Positions 15,028-23,769 of a stretch of DNA of 39,726 nt are shown one piece after another. The stretch is from UHGV virus genome UHGV-0339228; one strand, given 5' to 3'. Each line of letters begins with the position of its first letter. Within the stretch, counting starts at the first letter, position 1. The notes beneath the pieces were generated by a model that saw nothing but the letters and a program-made list of their open reading frames with translations, did not search any database and was not told where the DNA came from. Made by a program: the position numbers and the translations under genes. This DNA comes from a virus.

Positions 15028-15492
15028 ATGGCAACATTATACGAGATTGATGAAGAGATTTTGAATTGTGTAGATCAGGAAACAGGCGAGATTATCGACC
15101 CGGAAAAGCTGGCACAGCTACAGATGGATTTTGACAAAAAGGTAGAGGGAATTGCTCTCTGGATCAAAAACCTCTTATCTGATGCAGAAGCAATCAAGGC
15201 AGAAAAAAATAAACTGGCTGACCGCCAGAAATCATGTGAAAACAAGGCAAGAAATCTAAAAGAATACCTGTCTGGTTATTTGTGTGGTGAAAAATTTAAA
15301 ACAGCAAGAGTCAGCATCTCTTATCGAAAATCAGAGAGTGTAGAGGTGCAAGATGTTTCAAAACTGGACAAGGAATACTTGAAATTTGCTGATCCTGAGG
15401 TTGATAAAACAAAGGTGAAAAAGGCACTGAAAGATGGTGTTGAACTCTCTGGCGTTGTATTGGTGCAGAATAATAATATTCAGATTCGGTAG
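15028..15492 (+). CDS. Siphovirus Gp157-family protein (accessory protein of the recombination module)
   Basis: 154 aa. MATLYEIDEEIL...IDPEKLAQLQMDFDKKVEGIALWIKNL..EAIKAEKNKLADRQKS.ENKARNLKEYL matches the Sipho_Gp157 pattern. It lies immediately upstream of a single-strand annealing protein. Confidence 0.6.
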   Translation: MATLYEIDEEILNCVDQETGEIIDPEKLAQLQMDFDKKVEGIALWIKNLLSDAEAIKAEKNKLADRQKSCENKARNLKEYLSGYLCGEKFKTARVSISYRKSESVEVQDVSKLDKEYLKFADPEVDKTKVKKALKDGVELSGVVLVQNNNIQIR

Positions 15493-15500
15493 GTACAATC

Positions 15501-16103
15501 ATGGGAAATTTGGATTTATATAACAGGGTGAGAGTTGTTCCGGAAGAAGCGAAGAAACCGATTAAAGGCGGTCGATTGAACGGAATGACGGATATTAACC
15601 CTATGTGGAGAATTAAAGTGCTCACAAGTGAATATGGTCCGTGTGGTATTGGTTGGTTTTACAGGCCAGTTAAAAAGTGGACAGAGCAGGCAGGAGGAGA
15701 AACAGTTGCATTTGTAGATATTGAGCTGTTTGTAAAGGCAGATGGTGAGTGGTCACAGCCAATCTGTGGAACCGGAGGTAGTAAGCTGTCGCAAAATGAA
15801 AGAAATGGACTCTTTGTTTCCGACGAATGTTACAAAATGGCAACAACAGACGCTATTTCTGTAGCTTGTAAGCAACTTGGAGTCGGGGCTGACGTGTATT
15901 TTGAAGCGGATAGAACGAAATATGATTCGCCGTTTGAACGGGTGAAACGTGTGAGAAACGAACTGAGAAAGTACAGATGCTCAGAAGTGGAATTTATGAA
16001 GGTGTATAGGCTAGACGCTATCGAACAGGTGACTGATAGACAAATTAAAGATTTCGCAGAAAGAATGGAGAATGTAAAGCATGACAGTGTGGGTCAGAAG
16101 TAA
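15501..16103 (+). CDS. Single-strand annealing protein (Sak/Rad52- or RecT-like recombinase)
   Basis: 200 aa. The conserved C-terminal core SQNERNGLFVSDECYKMATTDAISVACKQLGVGADVYF resembles the ..SDA.KRA...LGIG..LY motif of phage SSAPs. The position after Gp157 supports this. The exact family is not resolved. Confidence 0.55.
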   Translation: MGNLDLYNRVRVVPEEAKKPIKGGRLNGMTDINPMWRIKVLTSEYGPCGIGWFYRPVKKWTEQAGGETVAFVDIELFVKADGEWSQPICGTGGSKLSQNERNGLFVSDECYKMATTDAISVACKQLGVGADVYFEADRTKYDSPFERVKRVRNELRKYRCSEVEFMKVYRLDAIEQVTDRQIKDFAERMENVKHDSVGQK

Positions 16104-16596
16104 AGTGCAGATGCCGAATTACGTAAAGGAAGGCATCAGATCATTGATAAAGTTGATTTGCGACAAAGATGTCGATGTGAGTATTGCTCTGCACAAAGAA
16201 TCAAAAACAGACCAACAAAGGAAATACTTTTGGACACTGGTAAAAGAACTCCGCAGCTCTATGAAAAACGGACAGACTGAAAATGATGTGTACCTGCAAC
16301 TCTTAAGAGGATACGGAACATCAGATTTGATAAGTCTTCCGTCCGATCAGGTGCATCTTGCAAGAGCTTGTTACCGTATTGTAGAGGTGCAGAGTCAGGA
16401 AGAGTTTGTGAACAAAGAAAATGAGCGCATTACTGTTTACACTTTGCGCTGCTGGAAAGGATTGAGCGAATACGACACAAACGAAGCCTGCATGTTAATA
16501 GACGGAGCAGTGGAAGAGTGCAAGAACCTTGGTATTCCGACGGATACACCGGATGAGATTCGGAAAATGAAAGAGATGTGGGGGATTGAATTATAA
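16081..16596 (+). CDS. Hypothetical protein, possibly NinB/Orf-like recombination mediator
   Basis: 171 aa with RBS GGAGAATG. The DQQRKYFWTLVKEL stretch is reminiscent of the NinB D-Q-N-R-K-L-W region. It overlaps the SSAP gene end. The functional call is weak. Confidence 0.4.
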   Translation: MTVWVRSKVQMPNYVKEGIRSLIKLICDKDVDVSIALHKESKTDQQRKYFWTLVKELRSSMKNGQTENDVYLQLLRGYGTSDLISLPSDQVHLARACYRIVEVQSQEEFVNKENERITVYTLRCWKGLSEYDTNEACMLIDGAVEECKNLGIPTDTPDEIRKMKEMWGIEL

Positions 16597-16613
16597 GCAT
16601 TGATTACAGTGAC

Positions 16614-16973
16614 ATGGCATTCCCAAAGCCGAAGCGAAAGAAAAAGAAAAAAGGTCATCAAAGAGCATCCGGTAGACCTAAGAAGTTGTGGAGCATCTTT
16701 ACAGAAGATATGGATCACTGCATGCACACCGGAGCTTACGGAGTGGAGAGGCATCATGTTTTTAGTCACACATCGAAAGAAATTGAACTTTCGGAAGATT
16801 ACGGATTCATAGCTCCATTGAGACCGGATCTGCATCCAAACGGAACAAGGGCAGGGAAGAATGCATCGAAAGTTGACCGATACTTAAGAAAACGCTGCAA
16901 GGAATATTATTTGCAGCACTACGGAACAGAAGAACAGTTCCGGCAAGAATTTCACTATGTTAGTAAGGGTTAA
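16614..16973 (+). CDS. Hypothetical basic protein with a Cys/His motif (possible nuclease-like recombination-module protein)
   Basis: 119 aa. A lysine-rich N-terminus (KPKRKKKKKGH) and then DHCMHTGAYGVERHHVF. It lies immediately upstream of rusA. The family is not confidently recognised. Confidence 0.45.
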   Translation: MAFPKPKRKKKKKGHQRASGRPKKLWSIFTEDMDHCMHTGAYGVERHHVFSHTSKEIELSEDYGFIAPLRPDLHPNGTRAGKNASKVDRYLRKRCKEYYLQHYGTEEQFRQEFHYVSKG

Positions 16974-17086
16974 ACCTTTGCTATAAATTGTAACCCGTTC
17001 ATGGCTGCTGTGTAGTACGTCACAAATACCTTAAGTAAGCCAGATTCATTGTCTCCCGGTAACTCCGGGAGCAGAAAGGAGAACGA

Positions 17087-17497
17087 ATGATAATTACAAT
17101 TCCGGGAAAACCGGTTGGAAAAGCAAGACCAAGATTCCGCGGAGCCGGATTTAAGGTCATTACATACACACCACCCGCAACCAAGAAATATGAAAAGGAA
17201 GTTGCGAGGATTTATAAACAAAGCGCAGGCGTTCTTTATACAGAGATGCCTCTGAGAGTTCGAATTTTAGCGAAATTTCCGATTCCAGAGAGCTGGTCTA
17301 AGAAGAATAAGGAAAAAGCATTAAAAGGCGAAATAAAGCCGAATAAGAAGCCGGACTTAGACAACATTGCAAAAATCATTTTGGATGGACTAAATGGAGT
17401 CGCATACACCGATGATAAGCAGGTGACCAGTCTGGAAATTGAAAAGGCATATTCGGACACACCTTGTGTGGTGGTCTATATTGCGGAGGATGAGTGA
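17087..17497 (+). CDS. rusA: RusA-family Holliday junction resolvase
   Basis: 136 aa. The sequence GKPVGKARPRF...Y.P..T..YEKEV.......PDLDNIAKIILDGLNGVAYTDDKQV carries the RusA signature. RBS AAAGGAGAACGA. Confidence 0.8.
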   Translation: MIITIPGKPVGKARPRFRGAGFKVITYTPPATKKYEKEVARIYKQSAGVLYTEMPLRVRILAKFPIPESWSKKNKEKALKGEIKPNKKPDLDNIAKIILDGLNGVAYTDDKQVTSLEIEKAYSDTPCVVVYIAEDE

Positions 17498-18363
17498 TGG
17501 CAGAGGTAAAGTGGATAAAGATAGCAACGGATATCTTTGACGATGAAAAGATATTGCTGATAGAGGATTTGCCAGATGCTTATGCAATTATAACAGTCTG
17601 GTTCAAGTTGTTATGTCTTGCCGGGAAGAAGAATAACGGTGGCGTATTCCTGATGAATGACAAGATTCCCTACACAGACAAGATGCTGGCTACAATCTTT
17701 AGAATGAATGAATCTACTGTAAAGTTGGCTTTGAATGCGTTTGAGCAATTTAAAATGATTGAGATAGTGGAGGGAATAATCACGATCCCGAACTGGAATA
17801 AGCACCAGACATTGGATGCTTATGAACGAAAAAAGGAGCGTGACAGGCTGTACCAAGAGGAAAGAAGAGCCAAACAGAGGGCTTTGATTGAAAAATCGTC
17901 TGACAAGTCGTCTGAAAGAACGCCTGACGTCGCTGTTTTAGATATAGATAAAGAAGAAGATAAAGATAAAGAAAGAGATATAAGAGGTAATAGAGTAGAT
18001 TATCAGCAAATAGCTGATATGTATAATGCCACTTGCGTGTCATTCCCTCGCTTAACACGATTATCCGAAAAAAGAAAACGAGCAATTAAAGCAAGATTAA
18101 GAAAATATTCCATTGATGACATTAAGAGGGGGTTTGAGCTTGCAGAGGAAAGTGATTTTCTGAAAGGGGAAAATAACCGGAATTGGTCGGCAACCTTTGA
18201 TTGGATGATGAATGATGCAAATATGGCAAAGATTCTGGATGGGAATTATAAAAACAAAGATGCAAAGCAATCAAAACCGCCAGTAAGCAGAAACCTAAAC
18301 AACTTTGATCGCAGAGAATACGACATGGACTCTCTGGAAGAACAACTACTGAACTCGAATTAA
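17494..18363 (+). CDS. Phage replisome organiser (DnaD-like N-domain plus conserved phage C-terminal domain)
   Basis: The N-terminus MAEVKWIKIATDIFDDEKILLIEDLPDAYAIITVWFKLLCLAGKKNNGGVFLMNDKIPYTD matches the phage replisome-organiser N-domain. The C-terminus ..DYQQIADMYNATCVSFPRLTRLSEKRKRAIKARL...FDWMMNDANMAKILDGNY matches the conserved phage C-terminal (Phg_2220_C-type) domain. Confidence 0.8.
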   Translation: MMAEVKWIKIATDIFDDEKILLIEDLPDAYAIITVWFKLLCLAGKKNNGGVFLMNDKIPYTDKMLATIFRMNESTVKLALNAFEQFKMIEIVEGIITIPNWNKHQTLDAYERKKERDRLYQEERRAKQRALIEKSSDKSSERTPDVAVLDIDKEEDKDKERDIRGNRVDYQQIADMYNATCVSFPRLTRLSEKRKRAIKARLRKYSIDDIKRGFELAEESDFLKGENNRNWSATFDWMMNDANMAKILDGNYKNKDAKQSKPPVSRNLNNFDRREYDMDSLEEQLLNSN

Positions 18364-18374
18364 GGAGGAAGAAA

Positions 18375-19106
18375 ATGAAAGAAGAATTATTAAAAATGGC
18401 ACAGGAGTGTCTCTCCGAGGAAGAAGTAAAGGAAATACTCAAAAAGAAATTTAAGGAATCGATAGAATCGGCAATAGAATCAGCGTTTAGATGGGGAAAA
18501 GCAGAAAGTGCACTGAAGAAAAAAATAGACGAAGTTATGGTGCCGTACATAGAGAAGTATGATTTTTCGGAATACCTTCCAAAGTTGGATACGGTGCTTA
18601 CAGAAATCGTAAATTCCGATGCTTGTATCGAGAATAAAAAGATTCTGGAAAATTTTAAGGAATTATCAATCAAGCAGGAAGAAAAAGAAATGGAAGTCAC
18701 TGATCTGTTTGATGCATGGATTGCAATGTGCGAAAAGAAGATCAGTACAACTGGTCTGAAAGTGGAGTTTTACGATGGACCACGCTACGAATCGGTCAGT
18801 TGCGAGATGCTAATAGAAGAGCGTGAAAGACCTACTTGGAGCTCCTTGCATAGGGCGGTAATCATTTTCGAAAACGAACACGATGAAGAGTTGAATATGG
18901 AAATACCAATATCAAAATGGGATTTTGAAAAAGAGTATACACTTGACAGTTTGGGATGTGTAGACATTAAGTCGTTGAGATACCTTGGGGAATTTGACAT
19001 GCTGTTGCTGAGATTACAAAGAGCGGGAACGAAAATAATCATAAACGAAATGGAAGTAGATGGAGAAATATGTCCAGAAGAAGAACCGGAAGTAAGTTTC
19101 AGTTAG
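18375..19106 (+). CDS. Hypothetical protein (243 aa)
   Basis: AAGGAGGAAGAAA RBS. An acidic helical protein with no recognisable family. It follows the replisome organiser, where a helicase loader is often found. Confidence 0.5.
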   Translation: MKEELLKMAQECLSEEEVKEILKKKFKESIESAIESAFRWGKAESALKKKIDEVMVPYIEKYDFSEYLPKLDTVLTEIVNSDACIENKKILENFKELSIKQEEKEMEVTDLFDAWIAMCEKKISTTGLKVEFYDGPRYESVSCEMLIEERERPTWSSLHRAVIIFENEHDEELNMEIPISKWDFEKEYTLDSLGCVDIKSLRYLGEFDMLLLRLQRAGTKIIINEMEVDGEICPEEEPEVSFS

Positions 19107-19115
19107 GAGGCAAAC

Positions 19116-19244
19116 ATGAACAGAAAAAGATACGGCTTTAGAGTCTACAGGAAACAACCTACCGGATTGAGGCACGGAAATATGGATTTGTTTACGCGCG
19201 GCAGCACAAAGCGGAAGAGGAAGAAAAGGGTGAGAGGAAAATGA
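19116..19244 (+). CDS. Small highly basic peptide (42 aa)
   Basis: AGGAGG RBS 6 nt upstream. The product is MNRKRYGFRVYRKQPTGLRHGNMDLFTRGSTKRKRKKRVRGK. Its stop overlaps the next start (ATGA). Below the ORF-track cutoff. Confidence 0.35.
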   Translation: MNRKRYGFRVYRKQPTGLRHGNMDLFTRGSTKRKRKKRVRGK

Positions 19245-19432
19245 CGAATAATGATCATTTGAACAACATAACGGGAGAAACGGATACGCCAGAAATCTCC
19301 GCAGTGAAAATGCTTTTAGCTAGAATTGAAGAAGATGCAGAACATGGGGATTACGACGGTAATCGTGAAACATATCTAGGACTTTACAAAGCCCAGAAAG
19401 AATGGTTGGAAAGAGAGGTTGAAAATGAGTAG
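19241..19432 (+). CDS. Hypothetical acidic protein (63 aa)
   Basis: Translationally coupled to the upstream small ORF. No recognisable family. Confidence 0.4.
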   Translation: MTNNDHLNNITGETDTPEISAVKMLLARIEEDAEHGDYDGNRETYLGLYKAQKEWLEREVENE

Positions 19433-19682
19433 ACCAGCACATTTTTGGGATAAGTACCGATTCCAGATTGAAGAAATGGTGAAACTCGGATGCACGGATG
19501 AGCATATCCATAAAGTCTTGCATGACATTCAGAAAGTGGAATTTACGAGAGATGATCTTATCCGGTACATGGATAAGACTGGGATTCGGAAAAGAAGAGC
19601 AGCGAAAAGATGGACGCGGAACAAAGAGGTTGAGTGGGAAGGTCTTTGCAAGCAGTTAAGGAGAAAAAATGGGAAAAGTTGA
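19425..19682 (+). CDS. Hypothetical protein (85 aa)
   Basis: ATG at 19425 with GAGAGG 6 nt upstream. Basic C-terminus. Confidence 0.45.
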   Translation: MSRPAHFWDKYRFQIEEMVKLGCTDEHIHKVLHDIQKVEFTRDDLIRYMDKTGIRKRRAAKRWTRNKEVEWEGLCKQLRRKNGKS

Positions 19683-20052
19683 TGATTATACAGCCGGCAG
19701 ATCACAAGGTTTGATTCTGGCAAGAGAGATTGTAAAAAAAGACGGTATCGAAGGACTAGAGAAAGAAATCCAATTCCGGAATATCACAGGAATAAATACA
19801 GCATTAACCAGGAAAGAACTAAACATTGCCTGTGAGAAGATTAAAAGTATGACACTGGACACAATGATGGTGATCGCAGTCGCAACGCTGCATGATGAGT
19901 TCGGTTTTGCCGGGAAACGGTGCAAGAGATTTATCGACCGAATGAACCTGAAAGCAGAGTGTCTGGTGGACGATATGGCAACATGGGATGAGTATACAAA
20001 GATGATTAAAGATGAGATCGGAATCGAGATGACGATACGGAGGAATGACTAA
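19669..20052 (+). CDS. Hypothetical protein (127 aa)
   Basis: AAGGAG RBS 6 nt upstream. No recognisable family. Confidence 0.5.
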   Translation: MGKVDDYTAGRSQGLILAREIVKKDGIEGLEKEIQFRNITGINTALTRKELNIACEKIKSMTLDTMMVIAVATLHDEFGFAGKRCKRFIDRMNLKAECLVDDMATWDEYTKMIKDEIGIEMTIRRND

Positions 20053-20234
20053 TGCCAAAAGTGAAAGAAACACGCTTGCGAAAAGGCGACACGATCAAAT
20101 GCGCTGATGCAGAGGATTGTGTGAGGACAATGAGTGAGTTGGCGGTCTGCGGGATAGAGACAGATTTTCTCTACGAAAAAGATGGAGAGAGTGGTTTATG
20201 GTTGAAAATAACGGGAGGAAAATTAGATGGATGA
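20052..20234 (+). CDS. Hypothetical protein (60 aa)
   Basis: ATGA overlap with the upstream gene. Cys-containing (CADAEDC...C). Confidence 0.4.
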   Translation: MPKVKETRLRKGDTIKCADAEDCVRTMSELAVCGIETDFLYEKDGESGLWLKITGGKLDG

Positions 20235-20538
20235 GAAGAAAGCTAGAGAAGCGATAGAAAGAATACGCAAAATGCGAGATGCGTACAATGCAACATTGCG
20301 CTCACTTCCGCAGAAAACGAGAGAAAGAAGTGATTATAACAATTATGTCGATGCATTTCTAGTAGCAATCGAAGCATTAGAAAAGCAGTTGCCGAAGAAA
20401 GTAGAAAACTGGAATGGACAAGCGTCGTGTCCTAGATGCAAAAGACTGTTTGGAAATATGGCAGATATAGAAATGTTTCGTTATTGGGATTCTGATTGCT
20501 GCAATCATTGTGGACAGAGATTAGATTGGAGTGAGTAA
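20227..20538 (+). CDS. Hypothetical zinc-ribbon protein (103 aa)
   Basis: AGGAAAATTAG upstream. C-terminal CPRC...CCNHC putative zinc ribbon. Confidence 0.45.
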   Translation: MDEKKAREAIERIRKMRDAYNATLRSLPQKTRERSDYNNYVDAFLVAIEALEKQLPKKVENWNGQASCPRCKRLFGNMADIEMFRYWDSDCCNHCGQRLDWSE

Positions 20539-20539
20539 C

Positions 20540-20713
20540 ATGGAAGAAATTAGAGTCGGAGACATAGTGATGTGCGTTGAATATCCAGGTAATCCATGCG
20601 GAATAGTGGTTAAACAGTATCGTCCGACAGCATGCGGACAGCAGACAATGATTAAATGCAATGACGGGCGGTTATTCCACGCACCAACAAGTGATTTTAG
20701 AAAGATAAGGTAA
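20540..20713 (+). CDS. Hypothetical protein (57 aa)
   Basis: GGAGTGAG upstream. Start MEEIRVGDIV. Confidence 0.4.
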   Translation: MEEIRVGDIVMCVEYPGNPCGIVVKQYRPTACGQQTMIKCNDGRLFHAPTSDFRKIR

Positions 20714-20735
20714 TTGGAAGGGGAAAGGAATAATC

Positions 20736-20891
20736 ATGATAGGAAAATGCAAAGCACCAAACACATGTGTATGCAAATACGAACATTGTTGCATAGAATG
20801 CCCAGAAAATGATATTTGCAATATGCAGTGTGTAGATAAGGACAGATATGAGTATTGTGTGGAGTGTCCGGAATATGAGGAGGAGCAATGA
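20736..20891 (+). CDS. Small cysteine-rich protein (51 aa)
   Basis: AAAGGAAT RBS. Eleven Cys residues (CKAPNTCVCKYEHCCIECPENDICNMQC..CVEC). Below the ORF-track cutoff. Confidence 0.3.
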   Translation: MIGKCKAPNTCVCKYEHCCIECPENDICNMQCVDKDRYEYCVECPEYEEEQ

Positions 20892-21058
20892 TTTTATTTT
20901 GTCCAGATTTAACAGGAAAAGAAGAGGTAAAAGCAATGCTTATTGGGAATGGAGATTTTGTTAGACCAGTGTTACATCCGTGTATTAAAGAGAAATGTGT
21001 AGCGTACAAGGATGGAAAGTGCATGAAATACGATAATGAAGTGGAGGCAAAAGAATGA
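20888..21058 (+). CDS. Small Cys-containing protein (56 aa)
   Basis: GAGGAGG RBS. ATGA overlaps at both ends, consistent with translational coupling. Confidence 0.3.
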   Translation: MILFCPDLTGKEEVKAMLIGNGDFVRPVLHPCIKEKCVAYKDGKCMKYDNEVEAKE

Positions 21059-21573
21059 ACGTATTAGAGAAGATTTTGGAAGAGATGAAGAAAATTAAAG
21101 ATGGAAACAGAAAGGAAAAATTGTATGGAAAATATCCGCCACAAAACAAAAGGCAAGAGACTCTAAATGCCTATTCGCAAGGATATGAAGATGGTACGGA
21201 TAATTTTTATAATGCGATTATTCCGATTATCCGTTCCCACATTAACGGTGCTCCAGACATGGATAACGGTTGGATTCCGGTAAGCGAGAAATTGCCGGAA
21301 GTCGGGAAAATAGTAAAAGTTACTGTACACTCATCCGAATGGATTGTGGACTACGATTCGGCCTGGGTTCCGAAAGAAGAAAAGACATACTATCCGGAAG
21401 AATACAATGTGTATGATGGATACATAGATAGAGTGGGCATGTGGAGATTTTACGATGAGGGAGGTTCGGTCAATGATTGCGACAAAGAATTTGGAATAAA
21501 TAAGGAGATTATGTACGATGTCGTGACAGCGTGGATGCCGAAAGAACAGATAGAACCATACAAGGAGAAATAA
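21055..21573 (+). CDS. DUF551-like phage protein
   Basis: 172 aa. The C-terminal region contains GWIPVSEKLPEVGKIVKV, characteristic of the DUF551 domain found in early or middle phage proteins. Confidence 0.5.
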   Translation: MNVLEKILEEMKKIKDGNRKEKLYGKYPPQNKRQETLNAYSQGYEDGTDNFYNAIIPIIRSHINGAPDMDNGWIPVSEKLPEVGKIVKVTVHSSEWIVDYDSAWVPKEEKTYYPEEYNVYDGYIDRVGMWRFYDEGGSVNDCDKEFGINKEIMYDVVTAWMPKEQIEPYKEK

Positions 21574-21574
21574 C

Positions 21575-21766
21575 ATGGACATTTTAATCACAATCGCATT
21601 CCTAGCCCTGTATTACATCCTGGGGCTGGGAACTATGGTAGCACTAATAAGTGGGGTATATGAGGATGCAGAACTGAAATTTGAGGATTATTTAATGGCT
21701 TTGCTCTTTCCGTTTGTACTATTTGTTGTATTTGTGGATTGGGTGGTAAGAAAGATAGTGAGGTAG
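21575..21766 (+). CDS. Small membrane protein (63 aa, two transmembrane segments)
   Basis: Two hydrophobic segments (ILITIAFLALYYILGLGTMVALI and LMALLFPFVLFVVFVDWVV). Confidence 0.4.
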   Translation: MDILITIAFLALYYILGLGTMVALISGVYEDAELKFEDYLMALLFPFVLFVVFVDWVVRKIVR

Positions 21767-21771
21767 AAAAT

Positions 21772-22368
21772 ATGAGAAAATTTAACTGGGACGAATTTAA
21801 AAATGAAGAAAATAAGATTGCAGTACACTGCAAGACAGAAGAGGAAGCGAAAGACTTTTGCGAAAGAATGCATAAGCAAGGAATGAAGTGGTGTTCAGGC
21901 GAAAGCTACCTGAAAGAGACAAATTACGAATTCTGCGAAGAAGAAATATGTTATATCAAAGGAGAGTTTTCGCCGTATCAGTACTATAAAAGCAATGGGT
22001 ATGAAATCTTAGAATGGAGCGATTATATGAACAAAGAATTTACCAAGGCGGATTTGAGAGATGGGATGGTAGTTGAACAGAGAGATGGGGACATGTATCT
22101 TGTATTGGCTGGGATGGTAGTGAGAAAAAGAGGATACAATCGTATAGGCGATTATGATGATGACTTGAAATGCGCAGGTTATACAGGAGGAGACATCGTT
22201 AAAGTCTATAGAATTACTCCGGGATCACTCGGATGCATAGAAGAAGTGTTTGTTAAAAGTAATCTCGAACTCATCTGGGAGCGCAAAGAACCAAAGAAAA
22301 TGACAGTGGAAGAAATGCGACAGAAGCTGGAGGATCTGACAGGAGAGGAAATTGAGGTGATGGAATGA
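21772..22368 (+). CDS. Hypothetical protein (198 aa)
   Basis: ATG at 21772 with GTGAGGT 7 nt upstream. The track ORF from 21739 lacks an RBS. Confidence 0.5.
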   Translation: MRKFNWDEFKNEENKIAVHCKTEEEAKDFCERMHKQGMKWCSGESYLKETNYEFCEEEICYIKGEFSPYQYYKSNGYEILEWSDYMNKEFTKADLRDGMVVEQRDGDMYLVLAGMVVRKRGYNRIGDYDDDLKCAGYTGGDIVKVYRITPGSLGCIEEVFVKSNLELIWERKEPKKMTVEEMRQKLEDLTGEEIEVME

Positions 22369-22571
22369 GAGGAACAACCTTAAAGCATAGGCGTGGCAAG
22401 AAAGAAATGAAGCAGGATCAGAAAGATCACTATGCAGGAATGGCAGAACATGAACCATCGGAAGGAGCAAAAAAGTGGATGCAGAGTCAACCGTACAAAA
22501 CGCACACGGTAGAGGACTGCTTGAAAAAATGGGGAGTAGATACGAAAGGGAGTGTAGTCAATGAAAAATGA
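22365..22571 (+). CDS. Hypothetical basic protein (68 aa)
   Basis: ATGA overlap with the upstream gene. Confidence 0.4.
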   Translation: MRGTTLKHRRGKKEMKQDQKDHYAGMAEHEPSEGAKKWMQSQPYKTHTVEDCLKKWGVDTKGSVVNEK

Positions 22572-22809
22572 AGAGTACTGCATGGAGGGATACAAAGCGC
22601 TTGCGGCTGCTGTGGTGAGTAAAGCGGTACAAGATTATAGGCTTGCATTAAGAGCACTGTACCGGAAACCGAATGACAGGGATGCGCAGCACACGAAAAA
22701 AGAGTGCGAGATATTCTTTCACAAAAATATCGGGCTATATTCAGAATTGGACGGAGAAGCAATTATAAAGGCGGTACGAGAAAGAGTAGAAAAGGAGATG
22801 AGACGTTGA
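22561..22809 (+). CDS. Hypothetical protein (82 aa)
   Basis: Overlaps the upstream gene by 11 nt. No recognisable family. Confidence 0.4.
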   Translation: MKNEEYCMEGYKALAAAVVSKAVQDYRLALRALYRKPNDRDAQHTKKECEIFFHKNIGLYSELDGEAIIKAVRERVEKEMRR

Positions 22810-23222
22810 AGCAGGAATACTTTAAAAACTACAAGAGCAATAAATCGGAGCTTGAGTCCTTGGAAAAAGTACTGGACAAGCTTAAAGCAAAAAGAGAAGA
22901 TATCCCGATTGTTGCCGGGAAGGTGTCGAAATCAGCAGATGAGTTTCCATACATAGAGCAGAGAGTAACTGTGGAAATGAGGGAACCAAGAGCGTCAGAT
23001 CAGGTAGAGCAGAGAATTCGGAAGAAAGAAGTTAGAAAGAGAGAGGTTGAACACCAGATAAAAGCCGTAGAGAGATTTATCGGTGAGATGCCAGAGGGAA
23101 GAGACAAAGATGTAATGGAGATGCTTTATCTAGATGGAATGACGCAAGAAGAGGTTGGGAAAATGCGTGGATACACCAAAGGGAGAATATCGCAGATAAA
23201 CGCGAAATACACAAAAGATTAA
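22806..23222 (+). CDS. ArpU-family / sigma-70 region-4-like late transcriptional regulator
   Basis: Likely TTG start at 22806 with AAGGAG 8 nt upstream. 138 aa. The C-terminal LYLDGMTQEEVGKMRGYTKGRISQI is a sigma-70 region-4-type HTH. This is the canonical position of a late activator, immediately upstream of the packaging genes. Confidence 0.6.
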   Translation: MKQEYFKNYKSNKSELESLEKVLDKLKAKREDIPIVAGKVSKSADEFPYIEQRVTVEMREPRASDQVEQRIRKKEVRKREVEHQIKAVERFIGEMPEGRDKDVMEMLYLDGMTQEEVGKMRGYTKGRISQINAKYTKD

Positions 23223-23303
23223 ACACATTAAACTTTTTGCTATGTTACAATTATAATGTAATCAGTGTATGGTTACGGAATAAATTAACTTTTTCCAACA
23301 TGT

Positions 23304-23345
23304 ACACCGCCGGACTTTCACCCTTTCTCGTCTGGCGGTGTTTTT
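23304..23345 (+). terminator. Strong rho-independent terminator ending the early/middle operon
   Basis: 12-bp stem ACACCGCCGGAC / GTCTGGCGGTGT with one G-U pair and a 14-nt loop, followed by TTTTT. Confidence 0.6.
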
Positions 23346-23346
23346 A

Positions 23347-23393
23347 TGCCGTGACAAACGTAGGGTAGACAGGTTCGACTCCTGTACACGACT
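23347..23393 (+). other. tRNA-like minihelix fragment (T-arm plus acceptor-like stem only)
   Basis: ACAGG-TTCGACT-CCTGT (23369-23385) is a perfect tRNA T-arm. It is flanked by GCCGTGA...ACACGAC, which form an imperfect acceptor-like stem. There is no room for D or anticodon arms. Confidence 0.3.
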
Positions 23394-23590
23394 TCGTGAT
23401 GTAAGATGCAGGCTGCACAGCTGAGGTCTGTTCTGGGAGTGCACACCGGACTTACATTGCAAATGGTACCAAAACGCAGATATCCGCAGATCTGCAAAAC
23501 AAACAAATATAGATTCAGCAATCTATATTTAGTGTAATCAGCGTACCCGAGTGCGGATAGGGTAAAGGGTGTCAATAAAAGGCATCCTAC

Positions 23591-23663
23591 GGGTGTATAG
23601 CTCAGTTGGTAGAGAGATCGGCTGTTAACCGATGTGTCGCAGGTTCGATTCCTGCTATACCCG
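23591..23663 (+). tRNA. tRNA-Asn (anticodon GTT)
   Basis: Cloverleaf: acceptor GGGTGTA / TATACCC, D-arm GCTC-AGTTGGTA-GAGA, anticodon stem ATCGG / CCGAT with loop CTGTTAA (anticodon GTT), variable loop GTGTC, T-arm GCAGG-TTCGATT-CCTGC, discriminator G. No CCA is encoded. Confidence 0.8.
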
Positions 23664-23667
23664 TTGT

Positions 23668-23769
23668 GGACTACTGCAGGGTTTCCTCCTTTTTTCTTAT
23701 AAATTTTGATTGTGTATTTGGTTATTTTGGTTTTTGTTGGCGTTATTAATTCTTATTTTGCAGTAGTCC
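23668..23769. repeat. 11-bp perfect inverted repeat (GGACTACTGCA / TGCAGTAGTCC) bracketing an 80-bp T-rich segment upstream of terS
   Basis: The arms are at 23668-23678 and 23759-23769. The intervening DNA is about 75% A+T with phased T-tracts. The element lies between tRNA-Asn and the small terminase gene. Confidence 0.5.

Noticed and set aside
23347-23393. A second complete tRNA gene upstream of tRNA-Asn
   Set aside because: Only a T-arm and a 7-bp acceptor-like helix are present, with 14 nt in between. There is no room for D and anticodon arms. It is reported as a minihelix-like fragment only.
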